Shown one piece after another: positions 1 through 13,913 of a stretch of 64,000 nt of DNA (within the stretch, counting starts at the first letter, position 1; the number at the start of each line of letters is the position of its first letter). The DNA comes from the human T2T-CHM13v2.0 reference genome, Homo sapiens. Location: NCBI RefSeq assembly GCF_009914755.1, contig NC_060945.1; one strand, given 5' to 3'. The position numbers and the translations under genes were made by a program. Under the pieces are notes generated by a model. It saw nothing but the letters and a program-made list of their open reading frames with translations, searched no databases and had not been told where the DNA came from.

Positions 1-72
1 TAATATCCTCTAGGTTTATCCATATCTTTGCAAATGGCAGAATTTCCTTCTTTTTCAAGGCTGAATAATAAG
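1..72 (-). mobile_element. L1 (L1M-type) 3' fragment, cut by window edge
   Basis: atcctctaggtttatccat...gcaaatggcagaatttccttctttttcaaggctgaataata resembles antisense L1 ORF2-end/3'UTR. Confidence 0.6.
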
Positions 73-302
73 GAAACATTTACTATTTAAGTATTGTAAT
101 TTCCCTTGTGTAAATTGTTCCAATTTTTGTAATGATAGGGACAGACAAATCATATTTAATTTTATGTTACTCCGTTGGCATATTGGTTCCAGATAAATGG
201 CTCAGAATTAGCCTCGTCTAGTTGTTCTTTGAAAAACTTCATTCAAATAGATAAAATGTCCCAGAAATACACTCTGATTACTGATGTTTTAAAGTGGGTT
301 TG

Positions 303-370
303 TTTATTTCAAAAACAATATTGAGTTTCAGACATATTTATTTTAAGACAATACTGGGTTTCAGATATAT
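303..370. repeat. Two-copy ~33-bp tandem duplication
   Basis: acaatattgagtttcagacatat followed by acaatactgggtttcagatatat. Confidence 0.75.
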
Positions 371-1009
371 TCACCACAAAGAATTCTGTGACAAGTAAAA
401 GAGAAAAATATTGGCAAACTATATGGTACATTGATTTTCTAATTTTTAGTATATTGAAGCATTGCATTCTCATCATTGTTCCGTCATAGACAATTGAGTC
501 CAAACTGTACTTATGATTTTTTTCATGAATACAATTCCGTTCAGTTGAATAGCTTAGATTCAGTAGTCATTTTTATTCATTCATATACTTTAGCCTATAT
601 AGCTAAAAATGTAGAAGTTGTATTATATGTGTGGTGATTGTTACTCTAATCACCTTAATTTTGAATTAGTACTCAACACATATTTTTTCATTTTTAAAGG
701 AAACGAAAAATAAAACAAAGAAATACACTTTCTTTTCTGAAAGTACAAACCCAGGAGTTGAAGAATGGTTAATATATGCCTAGTGAGCACAGTTAATTGG
801 GCTATAAAATAGAAGTTACACAAAGCACATTTTATTTAGATAATGTTATATATAATTTAATTATATAGTAAAGCATAAAATGAGGATAATGTTAAAAAGA
901 ATCTATAATTTAAGACTCCACATTTTCTCTTAATGCTATACAACCTAATTGAAATTAACAATACATTGAAATTGTTGGCTGACTTGCTTTTCAAAAGAAT
1001 AACATTTGG

Positions 1010-1282
<273 letters not shown>

Positions 1283-1434
1283 TCAGGAAGGCTGGAGATA
1301 TGGACACAGGGCAAATAAAGCCAAACAGACACAGAGATATGATTTACACTGTTTTGAAATCACTGCCATGTTCAAATTTTCATATGGCCAACTTCTGCTC
1401 ATAATTAGAATTATTAAAAAGAAAACTGGTTCAA

Positions 1435-1700
<266 letters not shown>

Positions 1701-4509
1701 AAAAAGAAAACTGGTTCAACTCAGGAAAGTCTCCTGGTGGGTCAAATGTTAGCAAATGACTGGAGAAGTTTCACCTGGCTGTGAAGATCTGTAGCCAGAA
1801 CTCTTGACAAATTATCACAGCAACTTACTTGCGGCTTTATCTGTGTCCCATGTTTAAACACTTCATAATAGTCTCATTGATCTTTTCACAAAATCCCAGC
1901 CTTCTACATCCTCTTTTACAAATTTGTTTTATTTAATCAGGGACCCACTTTTCCACAAGTGTGGTTTGCTTGTGCTGTTCTTTGTCTTCCTCATGTAAGG
2001 TTTTATAAAATAATGCAACTTATTCATGGGTTATAACTAGAAAAAAAATGTGGCATTCAAATCCCAGCTTTTGTGAGAGACAAAAACAAACCACTTAAAA
2101 ACAAACTTGAGTTTTTAGGAAAGTCTGAAATTTCTGCAATTTTCCAATGATTCCATTTAAGCTTTTTAGCATTGCATTATGAAAGATCCATCAAGTTTTG
2201 ACACAGCTTTGTTTGTTTAAGCAAGGTAAAATGTAAAACATAACAATTTTGTTAAGCTTTCAGGAAGGAAGTTTCTCCCTTGACAGTATAAGAAAAGTAT
2301 TAACAAGGACCACTTTCTAATACTCTTAGAAGACATTCTTACTTCTGAATATTTACTCAAATGTTTCAACAATGGGGTTTTTTGAAGTTGGTTGAATTTT
2401 TTGTGTGGCAAATATTTAAATGGTCCCGATTCCCTATGTATGCTGTATGTAATACTACCATTTTCCTATTTACTCTGTACTGGGGCAAGTGTATGGTAGT
2501 AAGGATATGTAGATGGGTAGAAACACACTATTATATGTCTTTGTCCAAATATTTAATGTTTGTATTAAATATTAATAAAGTGTTAAATATCAGAGTTTTT
2601 GGCTAATAACTTAGCTGAGAAAAAAGTCGAACATTACTTTCAGTTGCCCCCATTTTTTTAAAGGAATAAGTACACATAAATAGTTTGTTGTAATCAGTGC
2701 TATGGTCTGAGTAGACAGCAAGGCAAGAAAAGATCAGTGCATGGGAGATAAATGAGTATTTTAAAGCAAAATCTGAAGCTTGGGTTTTGAAGATGCAGTG
2801 ATAAAAAGGGATATTTTCTTCCTTTGTTTTTTAGGGGAAAGAATATAAAGTATAACTTGGCATAAATATTATTTTCTCTTATTGAAAATGTCATCCTCTC
2901 TATAACAAAAAGAGAGGAAATGTTTGTCTCAAATAGTTGTAAGTTCACTACAGCTCTTGCTGAAGGGCAATATTTTTATTTTTAAGGGCCCCACTGTTTT
3001 CATTCTCTCAAGCTGAAGTTTAGTCCTTAGCACTACAGTTTTGCTATGAATAAATCATCTACTTTCTTAGTGTGTGTCAGAAAGTTTTAAAGCTCAGGTA
3101 ATAATAAAAGGTTATTTTTCTTCTTTCTTTTGAACTGTTGATAGTGGCCAAAGACAATGACACTTTGGTGAAGCAGATTTGCCAAGAGAGACTTTGCAGA
3201 CTCCACAGATGTTGTGTACTGCAGAGTATTCTGTTCTGCAAAATCATTCTACAGGGCTTCTTAGGGATTTCCTGTTTCTTTTTCAGAGAAGACTACAAAT
3301 CAACTTAGTTCATTCAACAAATACTGAGTGCCTACTATGTGCAGGACATTGTTCTATGTGCATCTTTAATATTCTGTTTTTAAGTGAAAGTGATGTCTTT
3401 TAATCTGACAAGCCCATTTAACTATTTGAAGTTTATGCATGTTGCATCCCCTCTGTTTTGACATGTGAAGACTTAAAGGACACTGACATGAATGAGGATT
3501 GGTGGATGGGCATTTGAAGGCTGATGGTGTGAGTGTTTGGGCATTCAGCCAGTGGCATTATGATCTTCCCAGACAACAAAACTAAATGACATGGTGATTT
3601 CTGCTCCCTTGCTCTCATTTGTCATCACAATCATTCTTCCTTTAATACATAATTGTCCTCTGTCTTTACTTTTAAGTTCTACTGACAATCTCTATGTCAG
3701 GCCTTTCTTTTGTCCTTAGATTATTGCAAGAGCCTCTGACTTTGTCTGAATGGTAATCTAGATTAATATTTCCAATGCATTCCTATGAGTCTGCCCGTTG
3801 CCAGCTGAAAAATGGTAAAGAATAATCTTAAAGCACTCCAAATTGCTACTATTAATGTATATAGAAGTATAAAATAACTGGAATCTTCCAGCAGATAGTT
3901 GGACATGTGAGTAAATGGAGGCCCAAGAAGCTTAAGTGATTAAGTTCGGGTTTATTAATTATTAGGAAGAAATATTGGAACGAAAACAGAGTTCTATTAA
4001 GTTTCAGGTCTGTGTACTCTCTCTTCTTACAAAATATCTTGCATTAAATTTAGTGTTTTCTTCCACCATGTAAGACCTCCCAAGATCAGGGATTATGAAG
4101 AAGAAGGATTATGTTTCCCAGAAGAAACAGAAGAGAATTCGTGAACATGGTCACCATGCTGAAATATATGGTGAAAATACAAATGTAAAAGAAAATAGTT
4201 CAATTATGCTGGTGTATCTGTTGTTTAATCTTAATTACATATAAAATATGGCTGGAGTGGTATTGCTGTCGTTCAGTAAATGGATAAATAAATGCGTAAA
4301 AAAATAGTATGTAGAACATGATATTTAGCATAAAATTTTAGTGTAAAATCTTGTTGGAAGTTCTGGTAATTATCTCAAGGATTAGAAACTATCTGGATCA
4401 TAAACATACCAGTAACTACGTGGGAATCTGATTGGCTTTTAAAATTTTTGTTTTAAAATTTTATTATTTGTTTAATTTTTCCAATTACTTGCCCAGATAG
4501 GTAACTTGA

Positions 4510-4656
4510 TTAATAATGCACTCTCTATTGACTCATTTTCATTTTGTATCTCATGTTCTCACTCTCTTACCAGTGTTTATTGGGGTCACCTCTCAAATAA
4601 ACTTTTCACTCAAATCTGTGTTTCAGTTTCTTCTCTGGGAGAACCCAAAATAAGAC
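4510..4656 (+). mobile_element. Old ERVL-class LTR 3' fragment (LTR16-like)
   Basis: cacctctcaaataaacttttcactcaaatc...ctgggagaacccaaaataagaca resembles an LTR16-type end. Confidence 0.55.
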
Positions 4657-4952
4657 AATTTTTTTTTTCTAGGATACAACTTTATCTCTAGTTGTCTGCC
4701 CTGGTCATTCAAAAGGAGGTCTAATGCTCATCTCTAGGAATTTCCCAATTGTACAGTGCTGCCATTTTGGTCATATATCCCTGTAACTGCTTCAACTTCT
4801 CTCTGTCTCAGGACTTGGTCCTTCCATCTTAGGTTCTTGCCAAAATTAGGGGTAATCTCTGCCTACTTTGATGAAATTTTTAAGACAATAAGTTTTAGAG
4901 GCTGAAGGAGTATTATTTTGTTTTCTTTATTGTGTACCCAAGACAATGATAA

Positions 4953-5352
<400 letters not shown>

Positions 5353-5584
5353 TAGCACTGGATCTTCATTTAGTTGGCTTTTGGGGATGGATATGAAGGG
5401 ATTTGTAGAAAACACACATCCAGGCTTTGTGGGCACAAGCTGATAGGTTACTACTTCAAGCTGGTAGGTTACTCCCTTCAAAGAAGGGAGGTATCAGTGT
5501 TGAGGGTGACAGAGTCATGTGGAAGAGAGCAAAGGAAACCACATGTAGGGAATGCTAATGGTTGGTTCAACAGGAGATTGTATA

Positions 5585-5866
5585 TCAAAGACATGGAATT
5601 AACTTAGGTGCCCATCAATGGTGGAATGGATAAAGAAAATGTGGTACATATATACCATGGAATACTACACAGCCATTAAAAAGGATGAAATCATGTCCTT
5701 CACAGCAACATGGATGAAGCTGGAGGCCACAGTCCTAAGTGAATTAATGCAGGAACAGAAAATGAAATACCACACATTCTCACTTATAAGTGGTAGCTAA
5801 ATATTGAGCACACATGCACATAAACTGGAAACAATAGATACTATGGACTACTACACAGAAGGGAGA
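5585..5866 (+). mobile_element. L1 (L1PB-like) 3' fragment, left part
   Basis: tggataaagaaaatgtggtacatatataccatggaatactac is the ORF2 C-terminus (ORF 5618-5800 WIKKMWYIYTMEYY); interrupted by MST provirus. Confidence 0.88.
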
Positions 5867-8800
5867 TGATATAGTTTGGATATTTGTCCCTACCCAAATC
5901 TCATGTTGAATTGTAATCCCCAGTGCTGGAAGTGGGGCCTGGTGGAGGTCTTTGGGTCATCAGGGTGGATCCTTCATGGCTTGGTGCTGTCCTTGCAATA
6001 GTGAGTAAGCTCTCACAAGATCTGGTCATTTTGAAGCAGTGGCACCTTCACCTCTACTCTCTCTCGTTCCTGCTCTTGCCATATGATGTGCTTACTCCTG
6101 CTTTGTCTTCTGCCATGAATAAAAGCTTCCTGAGGTCTCTTCAGAAGGCGAGCAGAGGCTAATTTCATGCCTCCTGTAAGTCCTGTAGAACTATGTGCCA
6201 ATTAAACCACTTTTCTTTATAAATTGCCAAGGCTGAGGTATTTCTTTATAACAGTGCAAAAATGGCCTAATACAGAAAATTGGTACACAGAGTGGGATGT
6301 TGCTATAAAGATACCTGAAAATATGGAAACAACTTTGGAACTGGGTAATGGGCAGATGTTGGAAGAGTTCGGAAGGCTTAGAAGACAGGCATATGAGGAG
6401 AAGTTTGAAACTTCTTAGAGACTGGTTAAATCGTTGTATACAAAATGCTGATAGTGACATGGACAATGAAGTCCAGTCTGATGAGATCTCAGATGGTGAT
6501 ATGGTTTGGCTCTGTGTCCCCACCCAAATCTCCCATTGATTTATGATCTTTAGTGTTGGAGGAGGGGTCTGATGGGAGGTGATTGGATCATGGGGGTGGA
6601 TTTCCCCCTTGCTGTTCCCATGATAGTGAGTGAGTTCTCAGGAGATCTGGTTGTTTAAAAGTGTGTAGCACTTCCCCCTTTGCCTTCTCTCTCTCCTGTC
6701 ACTGTGTGAAGATGTGCTTGCTTCCTCTTTGCCTTCCACCATGATCGTAGGTTTTCTGAGGCCTCCCCAGCCATGCTTCCTATATAGCTTGTGGGACTGT
6801 GAGTCAATTAGACCTCTTGTCTTCATAAATTAGCCAGTCTCAGGTAGTTCTTTATAGCAGTGCAAGAATGGACTAATACCGAGAATTGGTACCAGAGAAG
6901 TGGGGCATTGCTATAAAGATCCCTGAAAATGGGGAAGTGACCTTGGAATTGGATAATGGGCAGAGGGTTGAACAACTTGAGGGCTCAGAAGAAGACAGGA
7001 AAATGAGGGAAAGTTTGGAATGTCCTGGAGACTCATTGAATGGTTGTGACCAAAATGATGATAGTGATATGGACAGTGAAGTTCCAGCTGAAAAGGACTC
7101 AGATGGAGATAAGGAAGTTACTGGGAACTGGAGCAAAGATCATGTTGCTATGCTTTAGCAAGGAGACTGGCAGCATTGTGCCCCTGGTCTAAGTATCTGT
7201 GGAGCTTTGAACTTGAGAGAGATGATTTAGGGTATCTTGTGGAAGAAATTTCTAAGCAGCAAAGCTTAGAAATGATGTGGCCCAGCTGCTTCTAAAACAT
7301 ATGCTCGTTTGCATAAACAAAGGAATGACCTGAAACTAGAACTCATATTTAAAAGGGAAGCAGAGCGTAGAAGTTTGGAAAATTTGCAGCCTGACTATGG
7401 TAGGAAAGAAAAACCCATCTTTCTGGGGAGGAATCAAGGCTGCAGAAATTTGCATAAGTAAAGAACAGCCGAATATTATTGGCCAAGACAATGGGGAAAA
7501 TCCCTCCAGGGCATTTAAGAGACCTTCATGGCAGCCCATCCTGTAACAGGCCTGGAGGCCTAGGAGGGAAAAATAGTTTTGTGGGCCAGATCCAGGGCCT
7601 TGCTGCTCTGTGCAGCCCTGGGACATGGCACCCTGCATCCTAGCTGCTTCAGCTATGGCCATGGCTAAAAGGGGCCAAGGTGGAGCTCAGGCTGTTACTT
7701 TAGAGGATGCAAGCCGCAAGCCTTGGTGGCTTCCATGTGGTATTGGTCCTGTGGGTGCGAAGAAGGCAAGAGTTGAAGCTTGGAAGCCTCCACCTAGATT
7801 TCAGAGGATATATGAAAATGCCTTGATGTCCAGGCAGAAGAAAAAAAGAATGGTTTCATGGGCCAGGACCAGGCCCAAGCCCAGGCGCATGACCTTGCTA
7901 CCCTACAAAGCCTCAGGACACTGCTACCTGCAGGGGTAGAGCCCTCATGGAGGACCTGTACTTGGGCAGTGCAGAGGGGAAATGTGAGGTTGTAGTCCCC
8001 ACATAGAGTTTTCACTGGGACACTGCCTAGTGGACCTATGAAAAGAGGGCCACCATTCTTCAGAACCCAGGATGGTAGATCCACTGACAGCTTGCACTGT
8101 GCACTTCAAAAAGCTGCAGGTACTCTATGCCAGCCCATGAAAGCAGCCAAGGGATCTGTACCCTGCAGAGCCACAGAGGCAGAGCTGCCCAAGACCTTGG
8201 AAACCCACCACTTGCATCAGTGTGGCTTGGATGTGAGTCATGGAGGTCAAAGGAGATTATTTTGGAGCTTTAAGATTTAATGAGTGCCCTGGCAGATTTT
8301 GGACTTGCATGGGGCCTGCGGCCCCATTGTTTTGGCCAATTTATCCCATTTGGAAGAGGAGCATTTACTTAATGTCTGTATCCCCATTGTATCTTGGAAG
8401 TAACTAACTTGCTTTTGATTTTACAGGCTCGTAGTTGGAAGGGACTTGTCTTGTCTCAGATGAGACTTTGCAATTGGACTTTTGAGTTAATGCTGAAATG
8501 AGTTAAGACTTTGCGGGATTGTTGGAAAGGCATGATTGTGTTTTGAAATGTGAGAAGGCCATGAGATTTGGAAGGGGGCAGGGGTGGAGTGATATGGTTT
8601 GGCTCTGTGTCCCTACTCAAATCTCATGTTGAATTATGATCTTCTGTGTTGGAGGTGGGGCCTCGTGGGAGGTAAGTTGATCATGGGGGTGGATTTTCTC
8701 CTTGCTGTTCTTGTGATAGTGAGGGAGTTTTCACATTGGTTGTTTAAAAGTGTGTAGCACTTCCTTTGCTCTTTCTCCTTTCACCATGTGAAGATGTGCT

Positions 8801-10091
8801 TGCTTCCCCTTTGCCTTCCAGCCACTCTGGCTTCAGCCTTGGCTCAAAGAACCCCAGAGACATCTCAGGCTGACGCTTCAGAGGGCATGAGCCATAAGCC
8901 TTGGTGGCTTCTGTGTGGTGTTAAGCCTGTAAGCATGCAGATTGCAAGAGTGAGTGAGGCTTGGCAGTCTCATAGATTTCAGAGGATGTATGAAAAGCCT
9001 AGGTTTTCAGGCGGAAGCTTGTTGCAGAGGCAGAGCCCTCACAGAGAATCTTTACTAGGACAATGCAGAGGGGAAATGTGGGGTTGGAGGCCCCACACAG
9101 TGTGCCCACTGGGCCACTCCCTAGTGGAGCTGTGGGAAGGGGGCTGCCACCTTCCAGAACCCAGAATGATAGATCTACTCACAGCTTGCACCCTGCACCT
9201 AGAAAATTCACAGGCACTCAACAACCTATGGGAGAAGCTGTGGAGCCTGAACACTGCAACGCCAGAGCGGTATTGCTGCTCAAGGCCTTGGGAGCCTACC
9301 CCTTGCACCACTGTGCCCTGGATGTGGGACATGGAGTCAAAGGAGATTACCTTGGAGCTTTGTGATTTAATGGCTGCCCTGCTGGGTTTCAAGCTTGCAC
9401 ATAGGCCCCTTTCTGTTGGCTGATTTCTCCCTTTTGGAACAGCAATGTTTATGCAGTGCCTGTACCCACACTGTATCTTGGAAGTAACTAACTTGTTTTT
9501 TATTTTACAGGCTTATGGGTGGAAAGTACTTGCCTTGTCTCAGATGAGACTTGAGACTTTGGACTTTGAACTTTTGGGTTAATACTTGAATGAGTTAAGA
9601 CTTTGGGGGACTATTGGGAAGGTATGATTATATTTTGCAGTGTGAGAAGGATATGATTTTTGGGAGAGGTCAAGGGTGGAATTATATAGTATGGATATTT
9701 GTCTCTGCTCAAATCTCATGTTGAATTGTAATCCCCAATGCTGGAGGTGGGGCCTAGTGGGAGGTATTTGGGTCATGGGGGTGAATCCCTCATGGCTTGG
9801 TGCTGTCTTTGCAACAGTGAGTGAGTTCTCACAAAATCTGGTCATTTAGAAGTGTGTGGCACCTTCACCCCCACTCTCTCTTGCTCCTGCTTTTGCCATA
9901 TGACATGCTTACTCTTGCTTTGTCTTCTGCCGTGAGTAAAAGCTTCCTGAGGTCTCCCCATAAGCTGAGCAAATGCTGGAACTGAGTTTCCTGCACAGCC
10001 TGCAGAACTGTGAGCCAATTAAACCTATTTTCTTTATAAATTACCCAGTTTCAGGTGTTTCTTTATGGTAACAGGAGAATGGCCTAATACG
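5867..10091 (+). mobile_element. MaLR MST-family provirus, outer (LTRs 5867-6274 and 9682-10091; internal 6275-6496 and 8821-9681)
   Basis: Two similar LTRs (tgatatagtttggatatttgtc...atggcctaatac); internal starts gaaaattggtac; purine tract before 3' LTR; TSD GGAGA/GGAGT. Confidence 0.9.
6497..8820 (+). mobile_element. Nested MSTA-like provirus (5' LTR 6497-6880, internal 6881-8589, truncated 3' LTR 8590-8820)
   Basis: tgatatggtttggctctgtgtccc at 6497 and 8590; internal begins gagaattggtaccagagaagtgggg. Confidence 0.88.
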
Positions 10092-10220
10092 GGAGTGTGG
10101 GAGAGGGTGTGGATTGAAAAACTGCCATTAAAAGTAATGGGAAAAGCCCCAATTATTTTTGCACCAGCCTACAGTCCTACACGTGTGCTCCTTGTATCTA
10201 AAATAAAAACTGAAGTTTAT
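10092..10220 (+). mobile_element. L1 (L1PB-like) 3' end, right part
   Basis: G-rich 3'UTR ...gattgaaaaactgcc then cctacacgtgtgctccttgtatctaaaataaaaactgaa. Confidence 0.7.
10123..10171. mobile_element. MADE1 (Hsmar1 MITE) half element
   Basis: tgccattaaaagtaatgggaaaagccccaattatttttgcaccagccta matches the spacer plus one TIR of MADE1. Confidence 0.85.
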
Positions 10221-10710
10221 AAAGCGGGGAATTGCAGTTATGCCAAATACTCTCAGATTTCCTGGAAGAGTCAACGAATAGGCACACACCTTGCTTGGTT
10301 GATCTATTATTGCAACCTTCTAATACCCTCCATGACTTGATTATTATCTGCCTGTCCAGTCCTAATTACACCACTTGTTAAGTTCACGACTTAGAAAAAT
10401 CTACTGAGCTATTTCACATGTTAGTAATCTTATGTAAACAATAAAGATAAAAATGATTATTTGTAGAGTTTTTGTGAGAATGATATAATCTGTGCTCAAG
10501 TTCTTAACCATGCTTGCTACATATTAAGATATCAAAAATGCTAGTTATTATCACTATTATTTTAAGCTATTTCTTTCTAGCTAATGTTCAAAACAAGAAT
10601 AAAAGCAGGTATTCTTGGATGTTACTTGAAATTAGTATTGTGTGCTATGGAAAGACCTATATAGAGAATGCAAAGTTAATATTACAAAAATTTTAAATCT
10701 GTCTTTTAAG

Positions 10711-11010
10711 GATAGTGGGGAGGAAGTGAGGATGGTTAATGGATTTGAAAACATAGATAGAATGAATAAGATCTAATATTTGATAGCACAATAGAGAGAT
10801 AATATTAAAAATAATTTATTTGTACATTTTAAAATAATTAAGAGTATAATTCAGTTGTTTGTAATACAAAGAAAGGATAAATGCTTAAGATGATGAGTAC
10901 CTCCATTTACCCTGATGTGATTATTATACATTGTATGCCTGTATCAAAATATCTCATGTACCTCATAATTATATATAACTACTATATATCCACAAATTTA
11001 AAAAAAACTT
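10711..11010 (+). mobile_element. L1MA 3' end
   Basis: gaatgaataagatctaatatttgatagcacaa...ccatttaccctgatgtgattattatacattgtatgcctgtatcaaaatatctcatgtacc; A-rich tail. Confidence 0.85.
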
Positions 11011-11074
11011 TAAAATTTCCTTTTACATCTTTAAAATATCTTTGTTTTTTAAAAAATAATTTTAGTGATGTATT

Positions 11075-11480
11075 AACTAATTTTTCTCTAGTAACAAACA
11101 ATCTCTGACTTACAAACAAGAGTTCATCTCTTACGCACATTACATGTATGGGGCAGCTGTAGCCTGTCCTCCATATGTCTCCTGCCATATCACACTGAGG
11201 AATCAGCCCGTATGTGGACCTACCCATTCTTGATCAGAAGAAAAGCAATAGAGCAGGGAGAAGCTCATAAGACTCTAAAAGCTTCTGCTTGGATACCGTG
11301 TGTGTCACATTTACCCACATTCTATTGACCAAAACATGTCACATGGCTAAGCCCAAACTCCGTGAGTCCAGGGACTCTTCTCTTTCTCTACTGGAAGGAC
11401 TGGCAGGTCATATGGAAATAGATGGCATTGAATGATCCTTTTAAGGGAAGGATGATAGTGAATAATTACAAAGAATTACA
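11075..11480 (-). mobile_element. Old MaLR LTR (MLT1J/K-like)
   Basis: aagcttctgcttgga...gtcacatttacccacattctattgaccaaaacatgtcacatggctaagccc. Confidence 0.6.
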
Positions 11481-12038
11481 TGATATGAAGCAAATGGACT
11501 TCAAAGGTACTTTTTGGTTTTGCCCAAATTTTCTATTTTCCCCGAAGAACCAGTTTTGAAATTGTTTAGTTGGCTCAGACAATTACTCATTTGAAGTTTC
11601 ACAGAGAATTTAAGAGAAAACTGTGGGTTGCTGGCCATCTAGGGCATCAATCTGCATCAGTTTAATTAAATTAATATGAAAAATTGTAGTCTAAGTCAAG
11701 GAAATTGAGGAGGTAAAAAGATACCTGTAAAATGACTGAAAGCTGCAAGCACATGTCAAATTATTTGTTTTGAAGTCATTTCAAATTGCAGTGGTACCTT
11801 CATATATTAAGCATAGTCTATTTGAACCACTATATTTAATTGCTATCCATCATTTACACCAAGTAATATGTGGTAAGGCTGAATTCCTCCTTTTTCTTTT
11901 GGCCTAATTTTGAGAGATGAAAACAATTTAATCTCTCAAAATAAATTTACACCTTTTATTCTTTAAACCCTTCAGTTCTTCTTCGCATAGAAAACACTGG
12001 TTTCCTCTTCAGTTTCAGTTGCCTCATTTTACTGCATT

Positions 12039-12368
12039 TGTTATAGACTGAATGTTTGGGTCTCTACAAAATATAGATGTTGAGGTCCTAACCCCTAGCT
12101 ATATTTGGAGATGGGGCCTCTAAGGAAATAATTAATGTTTAAATAAGGTCATAAGGGTAAGGCCCTGATCTGAAAGAATCATGTCTTTATAAGATAAGAT
12201 GGCTGGGCATGGTGGCACATACCTGTAATCCCAGCATTTTGGGAGGCTGAGATGGGAGGATCACTTGAGTCCAAGAGTTCAAGACCAGCCTGGCAAGATA
12301 GCAAGACCCCCTTCTCTCTATATTTATATGATGAGACACCAGAGAGCTTGCTTTCTCTTTCTTTTTGC
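12039..12368 (+). mobile_element. MaLR LTR fragment (MLT1A/MSTD-like) interrupted by FLAM
   Basis: tgttatagactgaatgttt...tatatttggagatggggcctctaaggaa...gagacaccagagagcttgc. Confidence 0.75.
12201..12318 (+). mobile_element. FLAM / Alu left monomer
   Basis: ggctgggcatggtggcac...ggaggatcacttgagtccaagagttcaagaccagcctgg. Confidence 0.85.
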
Positions 12369-12371
12369 ATT

Positions 12372-12690
12372 AGGATGGAGAATTATAGAGAACTGTTTGG
12401 ATCTGTCCGTTTTGAAATACTGACTTCTCCACTATAGACCCCTAGTTGAATATTAAGTGATTGGCTAGAGATATATATTTGGAAGTTGTCAGCATAAAAG
12501 AGCCTGTTAATACCATGGCCTTGGATGACATTGGTTAGGTCTGACTACTTAGGGAAGAGTTCTGAACCCAGAGATACTCTGAAATGTAGAAGTCAGCCAC
12601 AGGAGGAAGTTCCAGTAAATGAGACCAAGAAGCAGCAGCCAGGGTAGTAAAGGGAAAATAAGCGTGTGTAATTCTTGAGGCTAAGTGACA
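12372..12690 (-). mobile_element. L2 fragment
   Basis: ggctagagatatatatttggaagttgtcagcata...ccagtaaatgagaccaagaagcagcagccag. Confidence 0.55.
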
Positions 12691-13247
12691 ATCAAGAGAG
12701 CTCTCATCCTGGTTTCAGTAACCCAGACATATGCATCGTAATTTGAGCTTTACTGCCCCCATACTCCTGATTATGTATTTTCTGATTCCAACTCTAGTCT
12801 ACCTTGTCCAGCAAACAGTTTCCTTCCAGACTGAGAAAAGGTAACATGGGGCTTGTTCTTCTTTCCCCACTGGAGTGAAGTAGACTAGTTCACCTTAGCT
12901 CAAAGGACTTCAGATTCTGGATTGTATGTTAATAAATCATCTACATATTTCTTCACTTTGATCATCAGCGATATCAACTAAAAGTATCTTAATATATATT
13001 TTATATAGCTTAGCTGAGTGAGTAAATATGTAGATTTCAGAGTGACAGTATTAATAACCACAGTGATAATTAAAAATGTTTAGATGTTGTATAGTAAGTC
13101 TGTGTTTTTCCTACCACCTCATAGTGGAGAACATAAAAACAGCCCTTCATGAGTGGAAAAGGGTAGGAGAATGTATGATATTGGAGGAAAGAGAACCAAG
13201 TCATTCCCCACAAAGGAATTTGTGTTCCTAAAACATCACTGCAAGAG

Positions 13248-13450
13248 TGTTATTATCTGAATATTTGTGTCCTCTCCACCTTAAATTCATATGTTGAAAA
13301 GGTAACTCCTAACATGATGTTACTTAGAGGTGAGGCCTTTGGGAGGCAATTAGGTTTAGGGGAGGTCATGAGGGTGAAGCCCCCGCCACCAATGCCCCAG
13401 GAAATTAGTGCTATTATAAGAAGTGATACCAGAGAGCTTGCTTCTCTCAG
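13248..13450 (+). mobile_element. MaLR LTR 5' part (MSTD/MLT1A-like)
   Basis: aaattcatatgttgaaa...gaggtgaggcctttgggaggcaattaggtttag. Confidence 0.7.
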
Positions 13451-13456
13451 GATCAC

Positions 13457-13913
13457 TGTATTATTTTCCTGGGACTGCTGTAACAAATCATCACAAACTT
13501 GAGGGTGTTAAACAGCAGACACTTATTCACTCACATTTTTACAGGCTAGAATCTAAAATCATGGTGTCAGCTGGGTTGTGCTTTCTTCAAAGGGTCCGGG
13601 AAAGATTTCCTCCCTTGAATCTTTCGGCTTCTGCTAGCTACAGGCTTTCCTTGGCCTGTGGTTGCATCACTCCAGTATCTGCCTCCATGGCCACATTGCC
13701 TCCTCTTCTGTCTCATATTTTCTTGTCTTTCTCATATAAGAATATTTTTCTTTGGATATAGGACACACTTGGATAATCCAGAATGATTTCATCTTGAGAT
13801 TCTTGATTTAATTACATCTGCAAATGGGACAAGTTTTCAAATAAGATAACATTCACAGGCTCCAGGCATTTGATGTAAATATCTTTGAGGGGCTATTTTT
13901 TTGGTCTGCTACA
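13457..13913 (-). mobile_element. MLT1C/D LTR
   Basis: tgtattattttcctgggactgctgtaacaaatcatcacaaactt...attacatctgcaa. Confidence 0.8.

Noticed and set aside
8788-9423. Longest ORF in the track (211 aa)
   Set aside because: Spans the LTR/internal deletion junction of the MST elements, starts at GTG and has no recognisable domain; chance read-through
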